A DNA stretch of 40,666 nucleotides from a virus. Lineage: Duplodnaviria > Heunggongvirae > Uroviricota > Caudoviricetes. A program made the translations under genes and the position numbers. Below are positions 1 through 8,689 of the stretch, in pieces. The notes beneath the pieces were generated by a model. That model saw nothing but the letters and a program-made list of their open reading frames with translations. It ran no database searches and was not told where the DNA came from. The stretch is taken from IMG/VR virus record IMGVR_UViG_2563366836_000013, positions 1-40,666 of that record; one strand, given 5' to 3'. Position 1 is the stretch's first letter; every line of letters starts with the position of its first letter.

Positions 1-194
<194 letters not shown>

Positions 195-228
195 GTTTAC
201 GCCGCATCCGGCAAATAGTTAATAGCTC

Positions 229-1512
229 TTACTTCTTCGCCTCTGCAACCACTTTGCTACCCACGCCGCGGTTATTGTATTCCCACATGCGGTTGTAGTT
301 AGTGTCATTCAGATTGCGTTGTATTTCGTCGTTATCATCAACGCTGCCGGTGTTACCCGCAAACGGACGATTAGAGATCACCGCATCAGCCCAGGGTTTG
401 GCTGTGTTAAAACCTTCGTTGATGGCGCTATCACGGATCACCACCTGACCGTTGGTATTGGCATCAACATCCAGCGAGCGACCCAGTTGCGCCACGCCAT
501 CACCGGAAGCATTGAAACGGCTGTTTACGGCGAGGAAACCGTAATAGATGTTAGACAGCGTAGCCGGTGCAAACACATACGCTTCTTGCTGAGTACGTGA
601 GTTCACCACGCGGAATTCGGTGTTATCGAACACCACTGCGCCGCGACCAGAAACGATATCCACATCCCCTTCAATGTAACTGTTGGTCACCAGAGTACGC
701 GGCTGACGGTTGGTTTCCAGACGGTTTTGCACACCACTGTTGGTGACAAAGAAGGTATTCTGACGACCGAGAATGTTGACGTTATTGATCTGCACTTTGT
801 CACCATCAGTACGCAGTGCCACCGCCGGATGGTTACCCGCATCTACGCTATCGCCCAGCGTGTTTTCGATGGTCAGATTTTGCAGTTGCAGGCCATTGTT
901 TTGTGACCAGAAGACCGCAGAGCAGAGAACACCGATACTGTCGCTGCGTTTGCTCTGGCAGCTATCGTACATATACCACGCTGGTTTACCTGGCATATAT
1001 TTGCCGCGCGGGTTGACGTCGTGACGCCAGTCGGCAGGGCTCATGCCCCCATCAAGGGAAAGCCCAATCTTCACATCAATCGGTTTTTCACCTGTACCGT
1101 ACAGAGTAATTCCACCCGGAGCGGCAGGGACATACACCGTTCCCTGATACTCACCAGGCATCACGGCAATATACTGGCGCTTGTTGGTGCGCTTGATAAT
1201 TGCCGCATCTACCGCCGCCTGAATCGTGGTATGCGTTACACCTTGAGTACCCGCCGGGCCGACAACAAAGTCAGGTTGCGCAGGCAGGGTAATCGGGGAA
1301 GGATTCCACGCTGCCGCACCTGGTGTCAGGGATGCAAAATAGTGTTGAGCATCGAAATTCTGCGCTTCTTTTGCCGACAGAATCGGGCGAGAAGAGGTAC
1401 CAGGCGCGGTTTGATCAGAAGGACGTTGATCGGGCGGTGTTGAGCTACAGGCGGTCAGCGTCACGCCAAAAGCCAATGCCAGCGCCAGACGGGAAACTGA
1501 AAATGTGTTCAC
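229..1512 (-). CDS. ybhC: YbhC, pectinesterase-family outer-membrane lipoprotein (host gene flanking attB lambda)
   Basis: 427-aa ORF with lipoprotein signal (LTAC) and pectinesterase-like body; recognised as E. coli YbhC, which neighbours attB(lambda). Confidence 0.85.
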   Translation of the reverse strand: MNTFSVSRLALALAFGVTLTACSSTPPDQRPSDQTAPGTSSRPILSAKEAQNFDAQHYFASLTPGAAAWNPSPITLPAQPDFVVGPAGTQGVTHTTIQAAVDAAIIKRTNKRQYIAVMPGEYQGTVYVPAAPGGITLYGTGEKPIDVKIGLSLDGGMSPADWRHDVNPRGKYMPGKPAWYMYDSCQSKRSDSIGVLCSAVFWSQNNGLQLQNLTIENTLGDSVDAGNHPAVALRTDGDKVQINNVNILGRQNTFFVTNSGVQNRLETNRQPRTLVTNSYIEGDVDIVSGRGAVVFDNTEFRVVNSRTQQEAYVFAPATLSNIYYGFLAVNSRFNASGDGVAQLGRSLDVDANTNGQVVIRDSAINEGFNTAKPWADAVISNRPFAGNTGSVDDNDEIQRNLNDTNYNRMWEYNNRGVGSKVVAEAKK

Positions 1513-1548
1513 AGGTTGCTCCGGGCTATGAAATAGAAAAATGAATCC

Positions 1549-1680
1549 GTTGAAGCCTGCTTTTTTATACTAAGTTGGCATTATAAAAAAGCATTGCTTA
1601 TCAATTTGTTGCAACGAACAGGTCACTATCAGTCAAAATAAAATCATTATTTGATTTCAATTTTGTCCCACTCCCTGCCT
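1549..1680. other. Prophage attL (B-O-P'): 15-bp core 1559-1573 plus lambda-like P' arm
   Basis: Core GCTTTTTTATACTAA followed by GTTGGCATTATAAAAAAGCATTGCTTATCAATTTGTTGCAACGAACAGGTCACTATCAGTCAAAATAAAATCATTATTTGATTTC, matching the lambda attP P' arm as recalled; preceded by host B arm ...GAAGCCTGC. Confidence 0.9.
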
Positions 1681-2717
1681 CTGTCATCACGATACTGTGA
1701 TGCCATGGTGTCCGACTTATGCCCGAGAAGATGTTGAGCAAACTTATCGCTTATCTGCTTCTCATAGAGTCTTGCAGACAAACTGCGCAACTCGTGAAAG
1801 GTAGGCGGATCCCCTTCGAAGGAAAGACCTGATGCTTTTCGTGCGCGCATAAAATACCTTGATACTGTGCCGGATGAAAGCGGTTCGCGACGAGTAGATG
1901 CAATTATGGTTTCTCCGCCAAGAATCTCTTTGCATTTATCAAGTGTTTCCTTCATTGATATTCCGAGAGCATCAACATGCAATGCTGTTGGGATGGCAAT
2001 TTTTACGCCTGTTTTGCTTTGCTCGACATAAAGATATCCATCTACGATATCAGACCACTTCATTTCGCATAAATCACCAACTCGCTGCCCGGTAACAACA
2101 GCCAGTTCCATTGCAAGTCTAAGCCAACATGGTGATGATTCTGCTGCTTGATAAATTTTCAGGTATTCGTCAGCCGTAAGTCTTGATCTCCTTACCTCTG
2201 ATTTTGCTGCGCGAGTGGCAGCGACCGGGTTTGTTGTTATATGGCCTTCAGCTATTGCCTCTCGGAATGCATCGCTCAGTGTTGATCTGATTAACTTGGC
2301 TGACGCCGCCTTGCCCTCGTCTATGTATCCATTGAGCATTGCTGCAATTTCTTTTGTGGTGATGTCTTCAAGTGGAACATCAGGTAGCCCCCTCCTTATT
2401 GCTTTAATTTTGCTCATGTAATTTATAAGTGTCTTCTGCTTGATTCCTCTGCTGGCGAGGATTTTTTCGTAGCGATCAAGCCATGAATGTAACGTAACAG
2501 AATTATCACTGTTGATTCTCGCTGTCAGAGGCTTGTGTTTGTGTCCTGAAAATAACTCAATGTTTGCCTGTATTGCTTCAGTAATTGCTATCCTCCTGTC
2601 TCTGCCTAATCCGAACTCTTTACCCGTCCTTGGGTCCCTGTAGCAGTAATATCCATTGTTTCTTATATAAAGGTTAGGGGGTAAATCCCGGCGCTCATGA
2701 CTTCGCCTTCTTCCCAT
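1647..2717 (-). CDS. int: Lambda-type tyrosine integrase Int
   Basis: 356 aa, MGRRRSHERRDLPPNLYIRNNGYYCYRDPRTGKEFGLG... essentially identical to lambda Int as recalled; adjacent to P' arm. Confidence 0.97.
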   Translation of the reverse strand: MGRRRSHERRDLPPNLYIRNNGYYCYRDPRTGKEFGLGRDRRIAITEAIQANIELFSGHKHKPLTARINSDNSVTLHSWLDRYEKILASRGIKQKTLINYMSKIKAIRRGLPDVPLEDITTKEIAAMLNGYIDEGKAASAKLIRSTLSDAFREAIAEGHITTNPVAATRAAKSEVRRSRLTADEYLKIYQAAESSPCWLRLAMELAVVTGQRVGDLCEMKWSDIVDGYLYVEQSKTGVKIAIPTALHVDALGISMKETLDKCKEILGGETIIASTRREPLSSGTVSRYFMRARKASGLSFEGDPPTFHELRSLSARLYEKQISDKFAQHLLGHKSDTMASQYRDDRGREWDKIEIK

Positions 2718-2913
2718 TTCTGATCCTCTTCAAAAGGCTACCTGTTACTGGTCGATTTAAGTCAACCTTTACCGCTGATTCGTGGAACAGATACTCTCTT
2801 CCATCCTTAACCGGAGGAGGGAATATCCTGCATTCGCGCACCCATCGACGAACTGTTTCAAGGCTTCTTGGGCGTCGCTGGCGAGCGTTCCACTCCTGAA
2901 GTGTCAAGTACAT
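2695..2913 (-). CDS. xis: Excisionase Xis (lambda-type)
   Basis: 72 aa MYLTLQEWNARQRRPRSLETVRRWVRECRIFPPPVKDGREYLFHESAVKVDLNRPVTGSLLKRIRNGKKAKS; overlaps int start as in lambda. The ORF-track 102-aa version is a 5' over-extension. Confidence 0.93.
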   Translation of the reverse strand: MYLTLQEWNARQRRPRSLETVRRWVRECRIFPPPVKDGREYLFHESAVKVDLNRPVTGSLLKRIRNGKKAKS

Positions 2914-3027
2914 CGCAAAGTCTCCGCAATTACACGCAAGAAAAAGCCGCATTGATGCGGCGATGGTAGGTCTGGATATCATTGAGCAATGAACAGGCCT
3001 CATCGAGTGTGAGGCTGTATGGCTCCA

Positions 3028-3333
3028 TTATTTCACCTCTTGCTGTGTCATTGTTGAAAAATGGATACCAGCTCGTTGCTGCCAGACGATCCAACCGAGA
3101 GTCATATCCCATGCCATGTATTCGTTATCGCCGTTTTTTGCTCTCCGACGATCTACTAAGTCACCGAAACGCTTTTCCATGAATAATTCATAGGCTTCGC
3201 GTTCATCTGGCTCTACTTCCAGAGATACGAGTGCGATTTCATAAGCACGGCGCTCAATATCGTCTCGAACCTCTAGGCTGCTGATTCGTTCTTTGATTTC
3301 TTTAATCAGTTCTTTATTGGTAAATGTGGTCAT
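3028..3333 (-). CDS. Hypothetical early protein (YfdT-like position)
   Basis: 101-aa ORF, acidic helical protein, stop/start coupled with the upstream gene; same order as the CPS-53 yfdP-T cluster. Confidence 0.5.
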   Translation of the reverse strand: MTTFTNKELIKEIKERISSLEVRDDIERRAYEIALVSLEVEPDEREAYELFMEKRFGDLVDRRRAKNGDNEYMAWDMTLGWIVWQQRAGIHFSTMTQQEVK

Positions 3334-3695
3334 TATGCTCCAGCCTCCGGTGCTTTTGGCATTACTGCCCAGTGAGTGATATTGACGTTTTCAAGGTCCC
3401 CGACCTGAAATATCCACTGCCATTCTCCGGTTTCTTTTTGTCCCCAGGTGTACCAGAGAGAACGCCAGCCAATCAGCCAGCCTTCTCCATTAGCATCAAA
3501 TAACAGAACACTTTCATTTGCTGGTGGCAGTTCAGCTGACACTGGTATTATTTTGTTTTCCAGTGCCGCACATTTAGCTTCAAGCGCGTCGAATTTACGT
3601 ACCAGGTACTCAGCATTTGTTTCGTTCACTTTCAGATCTCGCGGTACACATTTCCCGCGAAGAAACCCTTCCATTTCGAAAACATTCATGCGCAT
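3333..3695 (-). CDS. DUF551-like protein (YfdS-like)
   Basis: 120 aa; C-terminal PVSAELPP ... THWAVMPKAPE resembles the DUF551 signature; packed between neighbours. Confidence 0.55.
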   Translation of the reverse strand: MRMNVFEMEGFLRGKCVPRDLKVNETNAEYLVRKFDALEAKCAALENKIIPVSAELPPANESVLLFDANGEGWLIGWRSLWYTWGQKETGEWQWIFQVGDLENVNITHWAVMPKAPEAGA

Positions 3696-4222
3696 TTGCG
3701 TAACTCCGATAAATCGTTAAAACGTTCCATAAACATCCCGTAGGCATGACCCGGTGCCAGTGGAATCACGTTGAACATCTCTGTTGCCGGGATGCCTTCC
3801 AGTACAGGCCAGAAAGAGCCATCATCAAGCCCGAGATCGCGGCGTTCGGTTGCCAGCATGATGAGATCGGCATATTTCACGGGTGTACTCATAACTGGGG
3901 GTAACTCGTATTTCTCACGGATTACGGCGTCTATTTTTTCTTCCATCCGTTTATAGTCAGGAAGAAGGCGTTTCAGTGGTGCGGGAATGTCCTGGCAATA
4001 CGCTTCTGTTGCATCATGCATTAACGCTTCAAAAGCAAATTCCTGCGGCACCAGCTGGCTGCAAAGAACCGCATGTTGGGCGACGCTGTAGAAGTGCGAA
4101 AGATGACCGGCAAAGCGACAGATATTTGAAAGGGAAACCGCGATATCGTTAATATCGATGTCGTCTTTATTTATCTTGTCATAATAAAAATGCTTCCCGG
4201 AAAAAGTTTTAATAAATGACAT
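3686..4222 (-). CDS. HD-domain phosphohydrolase (YfdR-like 5'-deoxynucleotidase family)
   Basis: Contains H..HD..D metal-binding pattern (HLSHFYSVAQHAV ... MHDATEAY); start set at internal ATG (MSFIKTF) with GGAG 8 nt upstream rather than the GTG of the ORF track. Confidence 0.75.
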   Translation of the reverse strand: MSFIKTFSGKHFYYDKINKDDIDINDIAVSLSNICRFAGHLSHFYSVAQHAVLCSQLVPQEFAFEALMHDATEAYCQDIPAPLKRLLPDYKRMEEKIDAVIREKYELPPVMSTPVKYADLIMLATERRDLGLDDGSFWPVLEGIPATEMFNVIPLAPGHAYGMFMERFNDLSELRKCA

Positions 4223-4349
4223 TTTGTTCTCCACGTATATGCACTGCACCGCGCTGAATTCTGGTAAAAGGAAGCCCTCACCATCCGGTGATTATTGAGT
4301 TAATTACGTTTCCATAAATGCCCCCGCAGGGGCATTTGCAGTAATGAAA

Positions 4350-5174
4350 TCAGGCGGTGAAAGTACCAATAAAGGTTTCTACTTTGCTGTCTTTGAATTT
4401 CTCAACAAGCAGATCACGAAATTCGTTAGCCATTTCTTCCTGCACCGCTTCCAGCTGAATAATGCGCAGAACCAGTACAGGACGATCGCCAGTGATAATG
4501 CTGAGGCGTAATTTAAACGGACGTTCTTTCAGACCTTCAAACGGAACGCATTTAAATTCAAATGCCACTGGCATAATGTCTTTGGTCTTCGCTTCGACAG
4601 ACTCCATCAGGGAGCGTTTGCCGCTGAAGTCATTATCTTCAAAATCAGCGGTCTGGTTTGCTTCAATCGTGATTTTACGGACTGCCGCAGCCGCTTTTGT
4701 TGCTTGAATGGCGTCACCATTAGCATCAAAGCCCACAAGGTAGTCGGCCCAGTCTTCGATCCATTCTGCCAGTGACTTCTGGGAGTTACGCTCGCCGTTA
4801 ACAGACAACAGAGCAGAGAACGGTGCTGTCTTTTTCAGTTTGAGAGTGGCAGTGTTATCTGCGTGACCTGGCTCATCAATAGTACCCAGGTTAAGCACAC
4901 TGACGGCACGCATATTATCGGCATCGATAAAGCAGCGGGTGCCTTCATCTGCAAGATCTTTAGAATAACGGGTAAAATCATCGATGCTGGCAGTGGAAAG
5001 TGCACCACGGAAACGGAAGCGATTTAAATTAAATTTTTCCAGATCATGAATGCGGAAATTCTCAGGCAATGCCACAGCATCGGCACCAATCTTACTGATA
5101 ATTTCATTAACACCCTGAGCAGAAATAAGGGCATGGATTTGATTAATTGCGGTTGCGTCTAAGTTCTGAGACAT
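4350..5174 (-). CDS. YfdQ-like protein (DUF2303 family), function unknown
   Basis: 274 aa, same length and gene order as CPS-53 yfdQ; family recalled from memory. Confidence 0.65.
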   Translation of the reverse strand: MSQNLDATAINQIHALISAQGVNEIISKIGADAVALPENFRIHDLEKFNLNRFRFRGALSTASIDDFTRYSKDLADEGTRCFIDADNMRAVSVLNLGTIDEPGHADNTATLKLKKTAPFSALLSVNGERNSQKSLAEWIEDWADYLVGFDANGDAIQATKAAAAVRKITIEANQTADFEDNDFSGKRSLMESVEAKTKDIMPVAFEFKCVPFEGLKERPFKLRLSIITGDRPVLVLRIIQLEAVQEEMANEFRDLLVEKFKDSKVETFIGTFTA

Positions 5175-5239
5175 AATAAGTCCTCACTATATAAAGATAT
5201 TCAGTGATGAGATAAATAATCAGTTTATTACGAACGATA

Positions 5240-5602
5240 TTAACGACCTGCTGCGCGGAGTTTTCCGTCAGGTTCACCGGCAAGAGTCAGTAATTGTCCC
5301 TGGTCTTCCTGCAGAATAGTCAGGCGACCACCGCGATTGACATACATCGGCGTTTCGGTGGTGTCTTCTTCGGAAATTTTCCCGCGGTTAGTCGGGCGAA
5401 TATATGAGAGTTTGTGTTTGATTTTCACACGGTTCTCATCAAATGGTTCGATTTCCAGGTTGAGTGAGACCTTACCTTTGGTTTTCGTGTTCATCACACC
5501 GGAAGCGACTTCACTGAGAACTGCGCCGATTTTGGTTTCAAATACGCCGCCGTCCAGCTCCCCGATAAATGCCTGCACATCAGTACTGCGTTCGCTAGCC
5601 AT
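5240..5602 (-). CDS. YfdP-like hypothetical protein (120 aa)
   Basis: Start at ATG (MASERSTDVQAFIGEL...) preceded by AGGAG 8 nt upstream; the longer ORF-track version (to 5920) runs into GC-rich non-coding sequence. Confidence 0.6.
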   Translation of the reverse strand: MASERSTDVQAFIGELDGGVFETKIGAVLSEVASGVMNTKTKGKVSLNLEIEPFDENRVKIKHKLSYIRPTNRGKISEEDTTETPMYVNRGGRLTILQEDQGQLLTLAGEPDGKLRAAGR

Positions 5603-6071
5603 TTTGCTGCTCCTCATCATATCGACCCTGCAAGGCCGATTAGTTTCTCCACAAAACAGAGAAGAACACCTGTGGTGGCCGCCGCCCGGATGGATTGGGT
5701 TATGAGCCCGTCGTCCGGTGATGCTCTTCTCTGTTTTGTAAAAAGGACGGTACCAGCCGGAAGCAAGGGTACAAGCTGGTACCGCCAGGACTACACACAG
5801 CATAAAGTTGTGGTGCCGGGTGCCTCCCGGTGCCTGGCGAAGGTTGCACACCAGGCGGGTGGGTATCCACAGAAGGTCGACTGTCAGCCTCAACCTTAAC
5901 CCGCGTGCGCTGAGCCGCATTCACCACAACGCTAAGGATTCTCTCTGGTTGAAAATACTTAGCTGTTATGTGCCTGCTTTTAGCCACATCAGGCGAGGTG
6001 GACCTGGTTATTCCCCAACAACAAGGATTCGGTTAATCTGGATATCCCCAACAACAATAAGAGTATTCAAT

Positions 6072-6587
6072 GTGATCGCTGAATTAACGGCAGCAATGAC
6101 GGCTATTCGTGAAACAGCCCAGATTGCAAAACTAATGAACGAGGCAAAAACTCAAGCTGAAGTAAATGCGGCTATTGGTGAGCTGAACTCAAAGCTTGCG
6201 TCTATTCAGCGCGAATGCGTGTCTCTCGTTGAACTGGTGGGCTCTTATCAAGAAATAAATGCTTCTCTCAAAGCTAAAATTGCAGAATTCGAAAACTTTG
6301 AGGCTCAGACGGAAGGCTATATCCTTAACCAACTTGAGTCGGGTACTTTTGTATACTCGAAGGAGGTAATCGTGAACGGTGGCAGCATAACCATGCATCT
6401 TTGCCCAAAATGTTTTGGACAAAAGATAGTATCGATACTTCAACCATTCCCGGTTAGCGAAGATGAGCTTTTTCATAAAAGCAGGTGCCTCCACTGTGAA
6501 AATAAGTTTCTGATGAATAAAAATCCGGATTACGTATCGCCTCCATCCATTGAGGAGTTGTCCAGAAAACTTAACGGCAATCTGTAG
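6072..6587 (+). CDS. Orphan coiled-coil / zinc-ribbon protein, unknown function
   Basis: About 171 aa from GTG 6072 (AAGAG upstream; alternative ATG at 6096); N-terminal heptad-like helix, C-terminal CPKC-x24-CLHC; opposite strand to all flanking early-left genes; followed by a hairpin terminator. Confidence 0.5.
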   Translation: MIAELTAAMTAIRETAQIAKLMNEAKTQAEVNAAIGELNSKLASIQRECVSLVELVGSYQEINASLKAKIAEFENFEAQTEGYILNQLESGTFVYSKEVIVNGGSITMHLCPKCFGQKIVSILQPFPVSEDELFHKSRCLHCENKFLMNKNPDYVSPPSIEELSRKLNGNL

Positions 6588-6625
6588 ATTACTACTGTTG
6601 TGGATATCCAGATTGTTAAAGAGCT

Positions 6626-6650
6626 AAGCGTCCTGTAGGGCGCTTTTTTG
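6626..6650 (+). terminator. Rho-independent terminator after the orphan zinc-ribbon gene
   Basis: AAGCGTCC-TGTA-GGGCGCTT stem followed by TTTTG. Confidence 0.55.
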
Positions 6651-6734
6651 TTGCTAACGAATCATCCTGGACTTCATATGCCCCAGGCGGCTACTTCGTG
6701 GGCGTCCTGCCTGTTCGTTATCTATGATATAAAA

Positions 6735-6805
6735 TCTAACTTAACTTAGTTATTATGGCAAGAGAAAACACCAAACTTTTCTTAGTTCGGTGCCTTAGTT
6801 AGAGA
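6735..6805. promoter_or_regulatory. Putative OL operator cluster (repeated CTTAGTT half-sites) / PL region
   Basis: Several copies of ACTTAGTT / CTTAGTT just beyond the 3' end of the repressor gene; same motif recurs in the cI-cro intergenic region. Confidence 0.4.
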
Positions 6806-6814
6806 AGAGAGGCC

Positions 6815-7441
6815 TTAGAGTTCGTATTGAACTCCTTTGACTACACCAATGATAAGGCAATTACCATTGATAGGGATGTTGGGATACCGAGGATTTAATG
6901 GCACTAAAAACTTTTGAGGGCCATCGATGACTAATTTTTTTACTGTAGCTTCGTTTGTTCCATCAAGTCGAGCGATGACTATTTTTCCATGACGAGGTTC
7001 TGCATCTGGATCTACAATCACTGTTGCGCCTTCTGGTATTGTTGGGAGGCCATTAGGGTTAGTCATGGAGTCACCTTTAACCTCTAATGCAAATGAGTTA
7101 TCACCAACCTTTAATGATGTATCTACCCACTTGTCCACTTCACTAAACACTTCTGCTGCCCTGCACTCAGTAAACTGCCCAGCCTGAACCCACGATATTA
7201 CAGGAACTCTGCGCATGTTTGTGACGAGTTTGCCTTCAAACTCAGCACCATAAAGAATGTAATCTATTGACGTATTGAAGAACTTCGCTAATTTCGAAAG
7301 TGCCTCCCCACCAGGGGTATTGATGTCTTTCTCCCAGTACCCCACAGCAACGTCGCTTACTCCACAAAATTTACCCAATTCTTTCTGGGACGTTCTGGTA
7401 ACTCTTCTCAGAGCTTTTATACGCTGACCAACCGTTTCCAT
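6815..7441 (-). CDS. CI-like repressor (XRE HTH N-terminus plus LexA/S24-type autocleavage domain)
   Basis: 208 aa; N-terminal HTH (QKELGKFCGVSDVAVGYWE), C-terminal S24 peptidase-like region (GDSM...K); divergent from the cro-like gene. Confidence 0.9.
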   Translation of the reverse strand: METVGQRIKALRRVTRTSQKELGKFCGVSDVAVGYWEKDINTPGGEALSKLAKFFNTSIDYILYGAEFEGKLVTNMRRVPVISWVQAGQFTECRAAEVFSEVDKWVDTSLKVGDNSFALEVKGDSMTNPNGLPTIPEGATVIVDPDAEPRHGKIVIARLDGTNEATVKKLVIDGPQKFLVPLNPRYPNIPINGNCLIIGVVKGVQYEL

Positions 7442-7538
7442 AGGAGCACCATTTCTTTAATTACTAAGTAATCTTAGTTTTTATTGACCAAAGATAGATT
7501 TGTAATTAGCATCTAACAAAACTTAGTTTGGAGGGCGT
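7442..7538. promoter_or_regulatory. OR / PR-PRM region between repressor and cro-like gene
   Basis: Palindromes ATTACTAAGTAAT and AAACTTAGTTT (CTTAGT half-sites), a TTGACC -35-like hexamer, and GGAGG RBS before the cro-like ATG. Confidence 0.5.
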
Positions 7539-7739
7539 ATGACAACTGACGATATCGAAAGCTACTTCGGCAGTATTGAGAAAGTTGCTGCTTTTTTCGG
7601 CATAACAACTGAAGCCGTTTATCAGTGGCGAAACCGTCCGGGCCAGTTAATTCCAAAAGGACGTGCAGCAGAAGCTGCATATAGAACTTGCGGACGGTTG
7701 CCATTTAAACCTGAGCTTTATGAAAAATCTAATGGATAA
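7539..7739 (+). CDS. Cro-like HTH regulator (YdaS-family)
   Basis: 66 aa, FFGITTEAVYQWRNRPGQLIP resembles YdaS/Cro-type HTH; first gene rightward of the repressor; GGAGG RBS. Confidence 0.75.
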   Translation: MTTDDIESYFGSIEKVAAFFGITTEAVYQWRNRPGQLIPKGRAAEAAYRTCGRLPFKPELYEKSNG

Positions 7740-8334
7740 ATCGATTAACAGAAACCACAGAACGATGAGGCTAACCGTGGGTAAGCATCACTGGAAAGTA
7801 GAAAAACAGCCTGAGTGGTACGTGAAAGCTGTCAGAAAAACTATCGCAAAGTTGCCGGGTGGTTACGCTGAAGCAGCTGACTGGCTGGATGTAACAGAGA
7901 ACGCATTATTTAACCGCCTTCGTGCCGATGGCGATCAGATTTTCCCGCTGGGATGGGCAATGATTTTGCAACGTGCTGGTGGCACTCACTTCATTGCTGA
8001 TGCTGTGGCGCAGTCTGCAAATGGCGTCTTTGTGTCGCTTCCTGACGTCGAGGATGTGGACAACGCCGATATTAACCAGCGTCTGCTGGAAGTCATTGAA
8101 CAGATCGGCAGTTATTCAAAACAGATTCGTTCAGCAATCGAAGACGGTGTAGTGGAACCGCATGAGAAGACAGCAATTAACGACGAGCTGTATCTCTCAA
8201 TTTCGAAGCTGCAGGAGCATGCAGCACTGGTCTACAAAATCTTTTGCATTTCAGAAAGTAATGACGCCCGCGAGTGTGCAGCTCCGGGCGTCGTGGCGTC
8301 GATTGCTTCTGGTTGTGGAGAAACTAACGCATGA
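7720..8334 (+). CDS. CII-like regulatory protein (YdaT / Phage_CP76-like)
   Basis: Position immediately after cro; start set at ATG 7720 ([10 protein letters not shown]...), overlapping cro end; start uncertain. Confidence 0.45.
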   Translation: MKNLMDKSINRNHRTMRLTVGKHHWKVEKQPEWYVKAVRKTIAKLPGGYAEAADWLDVTENALFNRLRADGDQIFPLGWAMILQRAGGTHFIADAVAQSANGVFVSLPDVEDVDNADINQRLLEVIEQIGSYSKQIRSAIEDGVVEPHEKTAINDELYLSISKLQEHAALVYKIFCISESNDARECAAPGVVASIASGCGETNA

Positions 8335-8669
8335 ACAGTTTAACAACACACTACCGTCGCTCGCAACTGATTGCGCTTCCTGTACCGGGTGGAAAAGCGA
8401 AGGTGGAATATTGCTATGCAGTGAATGTACCAGGTGACAGGGAAATTGTAACCCACAGCTTTGCAGAGTGGGCTGTGGGGGATTTCAACCGGCAGAAGGA
8501 GACAGTCCTTTGCGACAAGTTAACCGCTGGTTCAAAGATCACTACGGAGTGCCCGTCAGAGTCATTCGTTGGGAACCGGAAACACAACGGGTTATCTACC
8601 TCCGCGAAGGCTATGAGCATGAGTGCTTCAGTCCGCTCGAACAGTTTCGTCGTAAATTCAGGGAAATAG
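8331..8669 (+). CDS. Hypothetical protein (start coupled ATGA with upstream gene); C-terminal half looks non-protein-like
   Basis: ATG overlaps the upstream stop; N-terminal 55 aa plausible, remainder S-rich low complexity; overlaps the next ORF in another frame. Confidence 0.3.
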   Translation: MNSLTTHYRRSQLIALPVPGGKAKVEYCYAVNVPGDREIVTHSFAEWAVGDFNRQKETVLCDKLTAGSKITTECPSESFVGNRKHNGLSTSAKAMSMSASVRSNSFVVNSGK

Positions 8670-8689
8670 AGGTCGGTCATGAGCACTAA
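8468..8689 (+). CDS. DUF4222-like small protein (possibly the C-terminal part of a frameshifted gene)
   Basis: ...[45 protein letters not shown] is protein-like and recalled as DUF4222-like; frame is open from 8438; GTG start only. Confidence 0.35.
   Translation: MGCGGFQPAEGDSPLRQVNRWFKDHYGVPVRVIRWEPETQRVIYLREGYEHECFSPLEQFRRKFREIEVGHEH

Noticed and set aside
2930-3112. 60-aa minus-strand ORF between xis and the YfdT-like gene (or its 32-aa internal-start version coupled at 3026-3028)
   Set aside because: The long form overlaps the upstream gene out of frame and the short form is only 32 aa with no recognisable features; not enough support to call.
5672-5987. ORF-track ORFs 5672-5899 (+), 5700-5987 (-) and the 5' extensions of 5240-5920 and 5808-6587
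   Set aside because: Pro/Gly/Arg-rich junk translations of a GC-rich non-coding block with no RBS; the real genes start at 5602 (minus) and 6072 (plus).
5603-6071. Retron or type III toxin-antitoxin repeat RNA
   Set aside because: No reverse transcriptase and no ToxN-like endoribonuclease adjacent; only two copies of the direct repeat.
6189-6494. Minus-strand 101-aa basic ORF in the position where an N antiterminator would sit
   Set aside because: It is rich in F/Y/L/W, as expected for antisense translation, and lacks an Arg-rich N-terminal motif, whereas the plus-strand ORF has paired CxxC motifs and a sensible RBS. Kept as the alternative hypothesis only.
7539-8334. YdaS/YdaT-like pair as a toxin-antitoxin module
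   Set aside because: Position and orientation directly opposite the repressor match Cro and CII; I interpret them as the cro/cII functional analogues, not a toxin-antitoxin pair.
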